Source: an uncultured Ignavibacteriales bacterium
Lineage (GTDB): Bacteria; Zixibacteria; MSB-5A5; GN15; FEB-12
Length of the DNA stretch: 64,000 nt
Direction: 5' to 3'
Assembly (NCBI GenBank): GCA_964464605.1
Contig: CAYXJN010000005.1
Span: 186,001 to 250,000 of the forward strand
Shown here: in pieces, positions 17,841 to 27,579 of the stretch
How positions within the stretch are numbered: position 1 is the stretch's first letter
How the letters are laid out: the number at the start of each line of letters is the position of its first letter
The notes under the pieces: generated by a model
The model's input: the letters and a program-made list of their open reading frames with translations, nothing else
What the model was told of the DNA's origin: nothing
The model's database searches: none
Program-made: the position numbers and the translations under genes

Positions 17841-19100
17841 ATGGATGGCATGACCGTTTCCCTCAAAGAAGTTGATGAATTAGTCCGTGAGCTTTCTGTA
17901 ACTATCCCTGCCGACAAGGTCAATGAGCAGATGGAGCAGAAGTTTGTAGAAGTTCAAAAAGATGCCGAGCTCAAAGGCTACCGCAAAGGGAAAGCCCCGA
18001 TCGACATGATCCGCACTATCTACGGCGAACGAATCAAAGCTGATGTCGCCGAAGAATTAGTCAATATCAGTCTGTCCGAAGCGATGGCGCAGCATAAGCT
18101 CCGTATAGCAACCCGCCCCAATCTGCAGACCGCATCGTTTGAAAACGGTGGATTTCAGTATGTCGCTACGGTTGAACTTTTTCCGGAAATTGGGACGATC
18201 TCGTTGGACGGTTTGACCTATCCGAACATAGAAGTCGAAGCGACCGATCAGGAAGTAAACGAAATGGTCGACACAATTCGCCGTCGCGGCGCCGATATCC
18301 GCACCGTCACCCGTCCGGCTACACAAAGCGATATGATTGTTGCGGATTTGCATAAGACATCTGACCCTGACAATGTTTTGAAAACGGATGCATTCCCCGA
18401 TACGACTATCGACCTCGAAAGCCCGATGACGGTCAAAGAGTTCAAAGAACAGTTAGTCGGTGTCAAAGCGGGGGATGAAAAGAATGTCGATGTTACCTAC
18501 GATAACACCGGGGATTCCGCATTAACCGGACACAAAATCGGCTATCGAATTGTAGTAAAAGAAGTGAAAGAACGAATTTTGCCTAACCTCGACGACGGTT
18601 TCGCCAAGCAGACAGGTTTGGCCGAAACGGCGCTGGAACTGAAGCTCAAAGTGCGGGAAAATATCCTTGCCCATAAAAAGGAAGACCTGAAAAAGAAGCA
18701 GAAAAACGAGCTGGCACGCCAACTGGTTACCAGCAATGCCTTTCCGGTTCCCCCCTCATACTTGAACGGATACCTGAACGCGGTTATAGAAGATATCAAA
18801 CAGCAGCAGGGTACGGTCAACGAAGCGGAACTGCGGGATTCCTATAAGGAAATAGCGCTCAATACCTTGCGCTGGGAAATGCTGTTCCACCATATCGCCG
18901 AACAGGAGAAAATTGAAGTTTTACCCTCTGATACCGAAAAAGTGATACAAGGCTTTGCCGAACGGTATCAGGTAACGCGGGATGAGGCCGCCCAGGCCCT
19001 GGCAAAATCGGGTAAAGTCGACAGTATTAAGGACTCGATACTGGAAGGAAAGGTTTTCGACCTGATTTTCAGCAAAGCTCGGCCGACCTCGGCAGCCTAA
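17841..19100 (+). CDS. tig: Trigger factor
   Basis: GYRKGKAP ribosome-binding motif; FKBP-like middle; position upstream of clpP-clpX. Confidence 0.93.
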   Translation: MDGMTVSLKEVDELVRELSVTIPADKVNEQMEQKFVEVQKDAELKGYRKGKAPIDMIRTIYGERIKADVAEELVNISLSEAMAQHKLRIATRPNLQTASFENGGFQYVATVELFPEIGTISLDGLTYPNIEVEATDQEVNEMVDTIRRRGADIRTVTRPATQSDMIVADLHKTSDPDNVLKTDAFPDTTIDLESPMTVKEFKEQLVGVKAGDEKNVDVTYDNTGDSALTGHKIGYRIVVKEVKERILPNLDDGFAKQTGLAETALELKLKVRENILAHKKEDLKKKQKNELARQLVTSNAFPVPPSYLNGYLNAVIEDIKQQQGTVNEAELRDSYKEIALNTLRWEMLFHHIAEQEKIEVLPSDTEKVIQGFAERYQVTRDEAAQALAKSGKVDSIKDSILEGKVFDLIFSKARPTSAA

Positions 19101-19141
19101 AACAGAGTCTCACAAGGGAAGTGAATTAAGATCAGAGAAGG

Positions 19142-19762
19142 ATGGATATGATCGACAAAATGAACAACTTTTTAGTACCGATGGTCGTGGAGCAGACCGG
19201 ACGCGGTGAACGCGCCTATGATATTTTTTCACGTTTGCTCAAAGATCGCATTGTGTTTATCGGATCGCCGATCGATGACAACATCGCCAACCTGGTGATC
19301 GCGCAGATGTTATTCCTCGAAGCGGAAGATCCGGAAAAAGATATTTTCGTGTATATCAACTCACCGGGAGGCTCTGTTACCGCCGGTCTTGCTATTTATG
19401 ACACGATGCAATTTATCAAACCGGATGTCGCCACTACCTGTATGGGTATTGCCGCTTCGATGGGTGCGTTTCTGCTTGCCGCCGGTACAGCCGGTAAACG
19501 GGCTGCGCTTCCGAATAGCCGGGTGATGATTCACCAGCCGCTCGCCGGAACGCAGGGGCAGGTTTCCGATATGGAAATCATGGTCAAAGAATTCAGCAAA
19601 ACCAAAGTTAAGTTGAATGATCTGCTGGTCAAACACACCGGTCAGTCGCTTAAGAAGATCGAAGAAGACACCGACCGAAATTATTTTATGTCTCCGGAAG
19701 AAGCGAAAGATTACGGTATTATCGACAAGGTATATGAGTTTTCCCGTCAGGAAAAAAAGTAA
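19142..19762 (+). CDS. clpP: ATP-dependent Clp protease proteolytic subunit
   Basis: [33 protein letters not shown]. Confidence 0.98.
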   Translation: MDMIDKMNNFLVPMVVEQTGRGERAYDIFSRLLKDRIVFIGSPIDDNIANLVIAQMLFLEAEDPEKDIFVYINSPGGSVTAGLAIYDTMQFIKPDVATTCMGIAASMGAFLLAAGTAGKRAALPNSRVMIHQPLAGTQGQVSDMEIMVKEFSKTKVKLNDLLVKHTGQSLKKIEEDTDRNYFMSPEEAKDYGIIDKVYEFSRQEKK

Positions 19763-19772
19763 GTAATTCGCG

Positions 19773-21047
19773 ATGAATAAAGAATCGAACAATTCGAACA
19801 CGATTCAGCAGCGCTGCTCCTTTTGCGGCAAAGGTGCCGGTCAGGTAAAACGCCTGTTTTCCGGACATCAGGCGTATGTCTGCAATGAGTGTGTCGAACT
19901 TTGTTCGGATCTATTGCACAACTCGCCCGATGTCGACCAGCCGCAGGAGATTCATGATCTCCCGGCGCCGACGGAAATAAAAGCGTTTCTTGATCAGTAT
20001 GTAATCGGACAAGAGACGACCAAAAAAATCGTCGCTGTTGCCGTTTACAATCACTACAAGCGAATCAACTCGCAGATTAAGAATGGTCCAATGGGACAGA
20101 ACAGCGACGATATCGAACTTGAAAAATCGAATATCCTCCTTATCGGCCCAACCGGTACCGGTAAAACATTGATTGCCCGTTCACTGGCCAAGTTTCTGCA
20201 CGTTCCGTTTTGTATTGCTGATGCAACTGTATTAACCGAAGCCGGATACGTCGGTGAGGATGTCGAGAACATTCTGGTTCGTTTGTATCAGGCTTCGAAC
20301 TTCAATCAGCATAAAACTGAGCGCGGGATTATTTATATCGATGAAATCGATAAAATCTCCCGCAAGGATGGTAATCCATCCATCACCCGTGACGTTTCCG
20401 GCGAAGGTGTTCAACAGGGATTGTTGAAGATTCTTGAAGGAACTATCGCCAATATCCCGCCGAAGGGTGGACGTAAACATCCGGAGCAGGCGTTCGTCCA
20501 GATTAACACGAGCAATATCCTGTTTATCTGCGGCGGGGCATTTGACGGCCTTGAAAGAATCGTCGCTCGCCGGGTAGGGAAGAAGACAGTTGGATTCGAT
20601 GCTAACGCGGTCCATGTCGATCATCGCCAGCATGACATTTTAGAAAAAGCGACTCCTTCGGACCTTATCGAATATGGACTTATTCCTGAATTAGTTGGCC
20701 GCTTGCCGGTTACCGCTGCGCTGCATGCGCTGGATGAATCGGCACTCATGAATATTCTCACCGAACCGAAAAATGCGCTGGTGAAGCAGTATATAAAGAT
20801 GCTCCATATGGAAGGTGTTGTGCTTCGTTTTGAACCGGAAGCGCTTCGCGCGACGGTAAAAATCGCCATGGAACGCCGTACCGGTGCCCGCGCATTGCGC
20901 TCGATTTTAGAGAAAGCGATGCTTGAGATTATGTACGAAATCCCCTCTGCAGATAATATCGCTGAAGTTATTATCACGGCTGATACGATTACAAATGGCG
21001 TCCGCCCACGAGTCATCACCCCCGCCGAGAAGAAAAAAGCCGGGTGA
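19773..21047 (+). CDS. clpX: Clp protease ATP-binding subunit ClpX
   Basis: CSFC...CNEC zinc finger; [29 protein letters not shown] loop. Confidence 0.98.
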   Translation: MNKESNNSNTIQQRCSFCGKGAGQVKRLFSGHQAYVCNECVELCSDLLHNSPDVDQPQEIHDLPAPTEIKAFLDQYVIGQETTKKIVAVAVYNHYKRINSQIKNGPMGQNSDDIELEKSNILLIGPTGTGKTLIARSLAKFLHVPFCIADATVLTEAGYVGEDVENILVRLYQASNFNQHKTERGIIYIDEIDKISRKDGNPSITRDVSGEGVQQGLLKILEGTIANIPPKGGRKHPEQAFVQINTSNILFICGGAFDGLERIVARRVGKKTVGFDANAVHVDHRQHDILEKATPSDLIEYGLIPELVGRLPVTAALHALDESALMNILTEPKNALVKQYIKMLHMEGVVLRFEPEALRATVKIAMERRTGARALRSILEKAMLEIMYEIPSADNIAEVIITADTITNGVRPRVITPAEKKKAG

Positions 21048-21093
21048 GGTAGACGGTGTTTCTTGTTCAGAATCAACGTAAGTTGCATTACTA

Positions 21094-21972
21094 ATGTCTC
21101 GTGTCTTTATTCAAATTAAACAACACGCTGGAAATTACTACATTCGAACTGATAGTTTCGGCTTTGATTGGTTGAACAGAGTCGAAGAGCAGCTCGCGAA
21201 TATCGATAAAAAAGACTTAAAGTTAGATTTTTCAAATGTTACTTGGTTTGATGCAAATCTTTGTGCACCTCTTGCGGCTATTTTAAGGAGGCATGTTGAA
21301 GGTAAAGTGAAGATAGAGGTGGGGTCCATAAAAGTAAAAGCTATACTTCAAAAAAACGGATTTCTTCAAGACAAGATTTCTGACGATTGGGGCTCTACAA
21401 TTCAATATAAAAGGTTTTTTGCAAATGAGTTTGATAGTTTTCTCGAATATATTAATCTTCAATTTGCGAAGCGTGTATGGCCTAATACCCCGGATAAAGT
21501 GAGAAAAGGGTTTAGAGTGTGTTTAGGCGAGCTTTTTTCCAATGCATCTGATCATGCAAAAATAGGCAAAGATATTTTCACCTGTGGACAGTTTTATCCT
21601 CGAAAGCATATACTGGAATTCACCATAGCCGATAATGGGGTTGGTATTAGATCAAATGTAGTAGAATTTCTTGGACGAGATATTTCCGCACTTGAAGCAG
21701 TAGAATGGGCGATGAGTGGAATGAATACTACGCGAAAAGGAGATATACCGGGAGGGCTTGGTCTTAAGATATTGAAAGAGTTCGTTATCGCTCAAGATGG
21801 AAGGCTTACAATAGTATCAGGTGAAGCCTATTGCGAGGTTAGTCATTCTGGTCAAATCTTAGTAAAGCTATCACGACCATTTCCAGGAACAGCCGTCAGT
21901 ATTAAATTGAAAACGGATGGTAAGAATTGTATCTTGACAGCACCAGTCGAACATGACGATTTTGCATTCTAA
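21094..21972 (+). CDS. STAS-like + GHKL (HATPase_c) ATP-binding protein, anti-sigma-kinase-like
   Basis: N-terminal [11 protein letters not shown]-box [10 protein letters not shown]1 IADNGVGI; G2 GGLGL; G3 FPGT; no HisKA H-box; AT-rich. Confidence 0.8.
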   Translation: MSRVFIQIKQHAGNYYIRTDSFGFDWLNRVEEQLANIDKKDLKLDFSNVTWFDANLCAPLAAILRRHVEGKVKIEVGSIKVKAILQKNGFLQDKISDDWGSTIQYKRFFANEFDSFLEYINLQFAKRVWPNTPDKVRKGFRVCLGELFSNASDHAKIGKDIFTCGQFYPRKHILEFTIADNGVGIRSNVVEFLGRDISALEAVEWAMSGMNTTRKGDIPGGLGLKILKEFVIAQDGRLTIVSGEAYCEVSHSGQILVKLSRPFPGTAVSIKLKTDGKNCILTAPVEHDDFAF

Positions 21973-21991
21973 TCGAAAGAGAGTTTAGGGT

Positions 21992-22315
21992 ATGCCGGAG
22001 CTTTATAAGATTAAAATACATCAGATTGTATCTTCCAATCATTGTATTTCATCATACGATGGTCAGAAAGTTTATGATAAAATTAACGAACAATTACATT
22101 TGGGGCAAATAATTGAGCTTGATTTTGAATCAATTGAAGATATGACCTCCGCTTTTCTTAACGCAGCTATTGGTCAGCTTTATGGTAAATTTCCGAATGA
22201 GTTTCTGAATAAACATTTACATGTTAAAGAGGGCACAATAGACAGAGATGATTTATTGCTTTTGAAAAGAGTGATTGATAGGGCAAAAGAATTTTTTGCT
22301 GCCAAAAAGCAGTAA
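21992..22315 (+). CDS. STAS-like DUF4325 protein
   Basis: DGQKVY..I....IELDFESIEDMTSAFLNAAIGQLY pattern, 107 aa. Confidence 0.8.
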   Translation: MPELYKIKIHQIVSSNHCISSYDGQKVYDKINEQLHLGQIIELDFESIEDMTSAFLNAAIGQLYGKFPNEFLNKHLHVKEGTIDRDDLLLLKRVIDRAKEFFAAKKQ

Positions 22316-22342
22316 CTATTTTTTACTGCTGAGGGAAACATC

Positions 22343-22888
22343 ATGGTATATGACATTGGGGATTACGTTTTCAAGCCGAATGACAAATTTGTTGTCGATA
22401 CTAATATCTGGATGTATCTCTACTATCAATATTTTGGAGATCAGAATAAAGAAGCTATATACTCTGATGCCATTAGTCGCATTCGAGGCGGTGGTTGTCA
22501 TTTATTTATAACTTTGCATGGCGTAACCGAATATGTGTCAGCTTACATCGGTAAGGATTTAGAAAACAAACCTGACCGTCTAAAAAATTTCACATATAAA
22601 ATGATTCGTAAGGACAGTTATTTTAAGAATAGCGCAGAAGCAGCAACTACAACTGCAAGAATGATCCTCAAATATACTAATTTAATAGCTCAAGAGTGTG
22701 CATTAACTGAATTGTCTCCCTTGCTAGAAGAGTTTAGTGCGGGTGGATTAGACATGAATGACCAATTGCTTCTTCAATTTGCGCGAAAACTTGGATTAAA
22801 AATAGTCACTGAAGACTCTGACTTTCTTTCATCATCGACTTCGATTGATATTCTTACCGCGAATCAAAAAATGTTAGAATTAGCTTAA
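22343..22888 (+). CDS. PIN-domain ribonuclease
   Basis: FVVDTNIW, conserved E, DMND, IVTEDSDF acidic active-site residues. Confidence 0.85.
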   Translation: MVYDIGDYVFKPNDKFVVDTNIWMYLYYQYFGDQNKEAIYSDAISRIRGGGCHLFITLHGVTEYVSAYIGKDLENKPDRLKNFTYKMIRKDSYFKNSAEAATTTARMILKYTNLIAQECALTELSPLLEEFSAGGLDMNDQLLLQFARKLGLKIVTEDSDFLSSSTSIDILTANQKMLELA

Positions 22889-22893
22889 TCTTC

Positions 22894-24069
22894 TCACCCC
22901 TTAATATTCAAAATCGGTCGTAACTTCGTGGTGATAGTCACTAGGTCCGTTTGTTGGGACATGACATCGTCGATGTTTTTGTATGCATCCGGAGCTTCGT
23001 CCAGAAATTTACCGCTTACGGATTCGGAGAAAATCCCTTCCATCTGGCTGCGGAATTTTTCAAGCGGGATACTTTTTTTCGCCTGATGGCGCGACATTCT
23101 TCGCCCCGCTCCATGTGAACAGGAGTTAAATGAATCCTCGTTATCTTTCCCTTGCACAATATAGGATGGATCGGCCATGGAACCGGGGATAATACCGGTA
23201 ATATCGGTTTTTACCCGCGTTGCACCTTTGCGGTGTACCCAGACGTTTTTACCGAAATGTTTTTCTTGCGCAGCATAGTTGTGATGGATATTGATAATCG
23301 GATCGAACTGTACGGATGAAATCTGCGAACGGATAGCATCCTTGATACACTCCATCATCACAAAGCGGTTCTGCCGCGCAAACTCCATCGCAAAATTCAT
23401 GTCGTCGATATATTCTTCACCCTCAGGTGATAATTCATCCAATGCATCCAATTGCGAAGGGAGATTCCAATTTTTCTGCTGGGTGACTCGTCTTGCTGCT
23501 TTCATGTGCCGTTCGGCTAACTCCTTGCCGATGTTCCGTGAACCGGAGTGAAGCATTATCCAGACAGTGTTGTTTTCATCCGCCTGCAATTCGATAAAAT
23601 GATTGCCGCCGCCCAGCGTCCCTAATTGTGGCGCGGTGGCTTTGCCACCTTTTTTGTCATAGTCAGGCAATTGTGCCAAGAGCGCATTGTCGGCGTATTC
23701 ATGAACCAGAGCCAATTGTCCTTTTGGGCGGTGGCTGAATCCCATTGGAATATCCCGAACAATTTGGTCATGGATTTTCTTTAATACCGGTGTGATTTCA
23801 GCGATGTTCAAGTCAGATTTCACCGAGCACATTCCGCAGCCGATATCAACCCCGACGGCCGAGGGGATAAGCGCTCCCTCGCAGGGCAAAACCGAGCCGA
23901 TTGTCGCCCCGATTCCGGAATGGACATCCGGCATAATGGCTACCCATTTATGCAAAAAAGGGAGAGTCATCATGTTCTCGATCTGTTGCATGGCGGAGGT
24001 TTCTACGCTATCCGGCGGCAGCCATAATTTGGCTTTTACTGTGCCCGATTTGTCGCTGATTTCATACAT
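22894..24069 (-). CDS. rtcB: RtcB RNA 3'-phosphate/5'-OH ligase
   Basis: MPDVH, GVDIGCGM, GTLGGGNHFIE, HSGSR, HRKGAT, SHGAGR, DEAPDAYK. Confidence 0.96.
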   Translation of the reverse strand: MYEISDKSGTVKAKLWLPPDSVETSAMQQIENMMTLPFLHKWVAIMPDVHSGIGATIGSVLPCEGALIPSAVGVDIGCGMCSVKSDLNIAEITPVLKKIHDQIVRDIPMGFSHRPKGQLALVHEYADNALLAQLPDYDKKGGKATAPQLGTLGGGNHFIELQADENNTVWIMLHSGSRNIGKELAERHMKAARRVTQQKNWNLPSQLDALDELSPEGEEYIDDMNFAMEFARQNRFVMMECIKDAIRSQISSVQFDPIINIHHNYAAQEKHFGKNVWVHRKGATRVKTDITGIIPGSMADPSYIVQGKDNEDSFNSCSHGAGRRMSRHQAKKSIPLEKFRSQMEGIFSESVSGKFLDEAPDAYKNIDDVMSQQTDLVTITTKLRPILNIKG

Positions 24070-24203
24070 AGCTGTGCTTCAACTTTCTTTTGTTTTACGT
24101 GTAGAATATAGCGATGGACTGTTCCTCCGGCAAATCACCTGTTTTCTGCCATTTGCTTGCTCTGTTTTGGCCTGCTATATTCGGTCAAACCCAGGAGTAA
24201 CGG

Positions 24204-24542
24204 ATGTCAGAAAAGGCACAACAGTTTCAAGCAGAACGAGAACGGCTTAACGCGCTGGTACTGGCGCGAGAAGACCTGAATATTAAGCGGTTTTTTGGTA
24301 TCGATAGCGCAGTCTATCGGGAAGGCGCGTTAAACGCGAAAACCAAAGAATTGCTTGGGTTAGTTGCTTCGGTGGTGCTTCGTTGTGATGATTGCATTGC
24401 CTATCATGTCCTGCAGGCGAAAGAAGCTAAAACGACCGATACAGAATTTGATGAAGTAATGTCTATCGGGTTAGTCGTCGGCGGATCAATTACGATTCCG
24501 CATATCCGGCGGGCCTATGATTTATGGAACGAGCTAAAGTAA
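24204..24542 (+). CDS. Carboxymuconolactone decarboxylase / AhpD-like protein
   Basis: GALNAKTKELLGLVAS..LRCDDCIAYH (CxxC). Confidence 0.85.
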   Translation: MSEKAQQFQAERERLNALVLAREDLNIKRFFGIDSAVYREGALNAKTKELLGLVASVVLRCDDCIAYHVLQAKEAKTTDTEFDEVMSIGLVVGGSITIPHIRRAYDLWNELK

Positions 24543-25420
24543 TGAAAAAGCAGAGTTTTTGTTTTCTCGTCGCATTTTTTTGCTTCGGTTTTTCAGCGAT
24601 TGCGTTTGCCGGACCGGAAGGACAGAAATTGGTGGAAGAATACACGAGTAAGTATCCATCATTCGAACTGAAAGATACCGCGTACACGTTCGAAACTGAA
24701 TTTATCCTGCCCGAAGGTTTCAGCTATCCGAGCGATAATAAACTCTCTGAATTTTCCCGTTGGGTCTCTCATTTTCCTATTTGGCACAAAACCAAGCAGA
24801 TAGGTCGCTGGGATGGCGGCAAGGCGATGGAGTATGATAAAGTTTCCCGCGTGGTGCATTTGCCCTGGAAAGGGCAAGTCTACACCGATGCCGGTTTCAT
24901 GGTACGCATTTTATTCGATTACCTGCTCGCGCGACATAAGGAAATGGAAGCTGCCTATACACCGGTCAGTGGGGATGTCTGCACTTATCCGCAATACTTG
25001 AAATCAAAAATGATGTATAACAATCGCGGTGCTGTAGTTTGGCAGCCTGCGGATGAACGTCCGCATTCTCTGCAGGAATATTACAAATTCATGTACAACA
25101 ACCAGCTTAACAGCAACTATGCCGGTCTTATTCTCAATTCTGATCCGGTAAAACCGGAGGATGTACAGCCCGGGGATATGTTTATTGCCCATGATTCCAC
25201 CGGCCGCAAAGGGGTTGCGTATATCGCCCTTAACATGATCGTAAACGGCAAAGGGGAAAAGCGTTTTGCTTTTGCTACCGGCTGTCAAAATGCCTGCGAT
25301 TTTCATATTGTCCTGTTAAACGATAACCGCAATGCCCCCTGGGTACCGGTCAGTACGCTGCAGGCACTTGCTCCGCCCGGCTCGGTGGTCAGCGGTTTCT
25401 ATCGTTTCAAATTGAAATAG
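24542..25420 (+). CDS. Secreted DUF4846-like protein
   Basis: Signal peptide; PEGF..., DVQPGDMFI, NGKGEKRF, APW pattern; TAATG overlap with the previous gene. Confidence 0.55.
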   Translation: MKKQSFCFLVAFFCFGFSAIAFAGPEGQKLVEEYTSKYPSFELKDTAYTFETEFILPEGFSYPSDNKLSEFSRWVSHFPIWHKTKQIGRWDGGKAMEYDKVSRVVHLPWKGQVYTDAGFMVRILFDYLLARHKEMEAAYTPVSGDVCTYPQYLKSKMMYNNRGAVVWQPADERPHSLQEYYKFMYNNQLNSNYAGLILNSDPVKPEDVQPGDMFIAHDSTGRKGVAYIALNMIVNGKGEKRFAFATGCQNACDFHIVLLNDNRNAPWVPVSTLQALAPPGSVVSGFYRFKLK

Positions 25421-25464
25421 CCCAAAAAGTATTCCTCGTTTCTGTCGATATACAGAGGAGTACT

Positions 25465-26295
25465 ATGCTTCACGGAAAAACTATAGGTCTTATCGGCGCC
25501 GGGAATATGGCGCGTGCTGTCGTCTCAGGGCTTATCGGCGGACAACATCTCGCTCCGGCTCAGCTCATTGCCTCACACCATAAACCGGCCAAAGCAGAAC
25601 AGTTCGGCGCTGATTTCGGCATCCGCACAACGACAGACAATTCCGAAATTATCAGGCGATCGGAAATCATTATTCTCGCCGTAAAGCCGCAGGTTATCAG
25701 CCGGGTGCTTTCTGAAATCGCCGGGAGTATCAATAAAGAAAAATTGATTGTCACTCTCGCGGCCGGTGTGCCGTGCGCGTCGATAGAGCAAGTTTTACTG
25801 AAAGAGACTCGTGTCGTGCGAGCGATGCCGAACATCCCCGCTTTGGTGCGTACCGGAATGACCGCGCTGGCGGCCGGGGAACATGCGACTGAAGCGGACA
25901 TGAAAATAGCAGTCGCAATTTTCGATGCTATCGGCAGGACGGTTACGGTCGATGAAGAACAGCTCGATGCCGTTACGGGTCTTTCCGGAAGCGGTCCGGC
26001 GTATGTGTTCTTAATCATCGATGCTTTAGCCGATGCCGGTGTCAAAGTCGGGCTGTCGCGCGAAACATCGCTATTGCTTGCCGCACAAACCGTGTTAGGA
26101 GCTGCCACATTGTTGCAGCAAACAGGGGAACATCCCGGGCGGCTGAAGGATTTGGTAACTTCGCCGGGTGGTACTGCCATTGCCGGTATTCATACCCTTG
26201 AAGAAGGCGGTCTTCGCACTACGCTTATCAACGCCGTCGAACGGGCAACCGAGCGCGCCCGTGTGCTGGGTGACTTGCATCACCGAAAGCGTTAG
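25465..26295 (+). CDS. proC: Pyrroline-5-carboxylate reductase
   Basis: IGAGNMA, AVKPQ, RAMPN, GLSGSGPAY, VTSPGGT. Confidence 0.97.
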   Translation: MLHGKTIGLIGAGNMARAVVSGLIGGQHLAPAQLIASHHKPAKAEQFGADFGIRTTTDNSEIIRRSEIIILAVKPQVISRVLSEIAGSINKEKLIVTLAAGVPCASIEQVLLKETRVVRAMPNIPALVRTGMTALAAGEHATEADMKIAVAIFDAIGRTVTVDEEQLDAVTGLSGSGPAYVFLIIDALADAGVKVGLSRETSLLLAAQTVLGAATLLQQTGEHPGRLKDLVTSPGGTAIAGIHTLEEGGLRTTLINAVERATERARVLGDLHHRKR

Positions 26296-26349
26296 ACTCC
26301 CGATTTTGCTTCTCCTTGCGTCGCTGCCTAAACTGGGCGATATTACGGT

Positions 26350-27579
26350 GTGCGACAATCCAAACATTCATCGAAACAGTCAGATTCATCGAATATCGAA
26401 GCGTTTGTTTTACGGGAAGTAGAGCAGATTCATCAAACACAGGTGAACTGGCGGCGTCATTTGCACCAGCATCCGGAAATTTCCAACGAAGAAATAAAAA
26501 CGACTGAGTTTTTAACCAAACAAGTCACACAACTCGGTTTACAGATTCTGCCAATCAAAATGGAAACCGGGCTGTTAGCCGAATTGCGCGGGACAAAACC
26601 AGGACCGACGATTGCGATTCGCACTGATATAGATGCGTTACCCATAACTGAACAGACAAATCTGCCGTATGCATCCAAATATACCGGGAAGATGCATGCC
26701 TGCGGGCATGATATGCATATGGCGACTATCCTCGGCACCGCGACGGTATTAAGCAAATTTCGTGAACACCTGAACGGCACAGTCCGGTTTATTTTCCAAC
26801 CGGCCGAAGAAATGCCGCCCGGCGGCGCGCGGCCGATGATCGCAAACGGCGCGTTGAAAAACGTCGAAAAGATTTTCGGGCTGCATGTCGATCCGCATGT
26901 TTCGGTCGGGAAGATCGGGTTGCGGGATGGCGTAGCAATGGCATCTGTTACCGATTTTGATCTGATCATTCATGGTCACGGCGGTCATGCCGCCCGGCCG
27001 CATTTGGCGGCAGATGCGATTGTCGCCGCTGCAGAAGTTGTCGATGCGATTCAAAAAATAGTATCACGGGATATCGACCCGATTTCACCGGTCGCGATTA
27101 CCTTCGGTAAAATCGAAGGGGGCACCGCCCGGAATGTTATCGCCGATCAGGTTAAACTGGTTGGAACGGCGCGCTCGCTGAATTCCGCAACAGCCAAAGC
27201 GCTGCCGAAATTAATAAAAAAATCGGCTGAATCGGTTTGCAAAGCGCGCGGTACAAGACTTGAAATGAATATCATCGCCGCATATCCCGTACTCAGCAAT
27301 ACCCCGGCAGTTAACCGGCTGTATCATAAAAATTTTGAACGGTTATACGGCAAAGGGAAAATTGAAATTACCGAACCGGTGCTGGGCGGTGAAGATTTCG
27401 CCTGCTATTTGGAAAAAGTACCGGGTGCCATGTTCCGGCTTGGGGTGGGAAACCCGAAGATCAACGCTGACCAGCCGTGGCATTCGCCGAAATTCAAGGT
27501 CGATGAAAGCGCCCTAAAAGCAGGCACGGCGCTTTTGGCATTGTCTGCGCTTGATGTATTATCAGGACAATCGACATGA
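26350..27579 (+). CDS. M20D family amidohydrolase
   Basis: HQHPE, RTDIDALP, MHACGHD, FQPAEE, GGHAA, GEDF, WHSPKF. Confidence 0.93.
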   Translation: MRQSKHSSKQSDSSNIEAFVLREVEQIHQTQVNWRRHLHQHPEISNEEIKTTEFLTKQVTQLGLQILPIKMETGLLAELRGTKPGPTIAIRTDIDALPITEQTNLPYASKYTGKMHACGHDMHMATILGTATVLSKFREHLNGTVRFIFQPAEEMPPGGARPMIANGALKNVEKIFGLHVDPHVSVGKIGLRDGVAMASVTDFDLIIHGHGGHAARPHLAADAIVAAAEVVDAIQKIVSRDIDPISPVAITFGKIEGGTARNVIADQVKLVGTARSLNSATAKALPKLIKKSAESVCKARGTRLEMNIIAAYPVLSNTPAVNRLYHKNFERLYGKGKIEITEPVLGGEDFACYLEKVPGAMFRLGVGNPKINADQPWHSPKFKVDESALKAGTALLALSALDVLSGQST

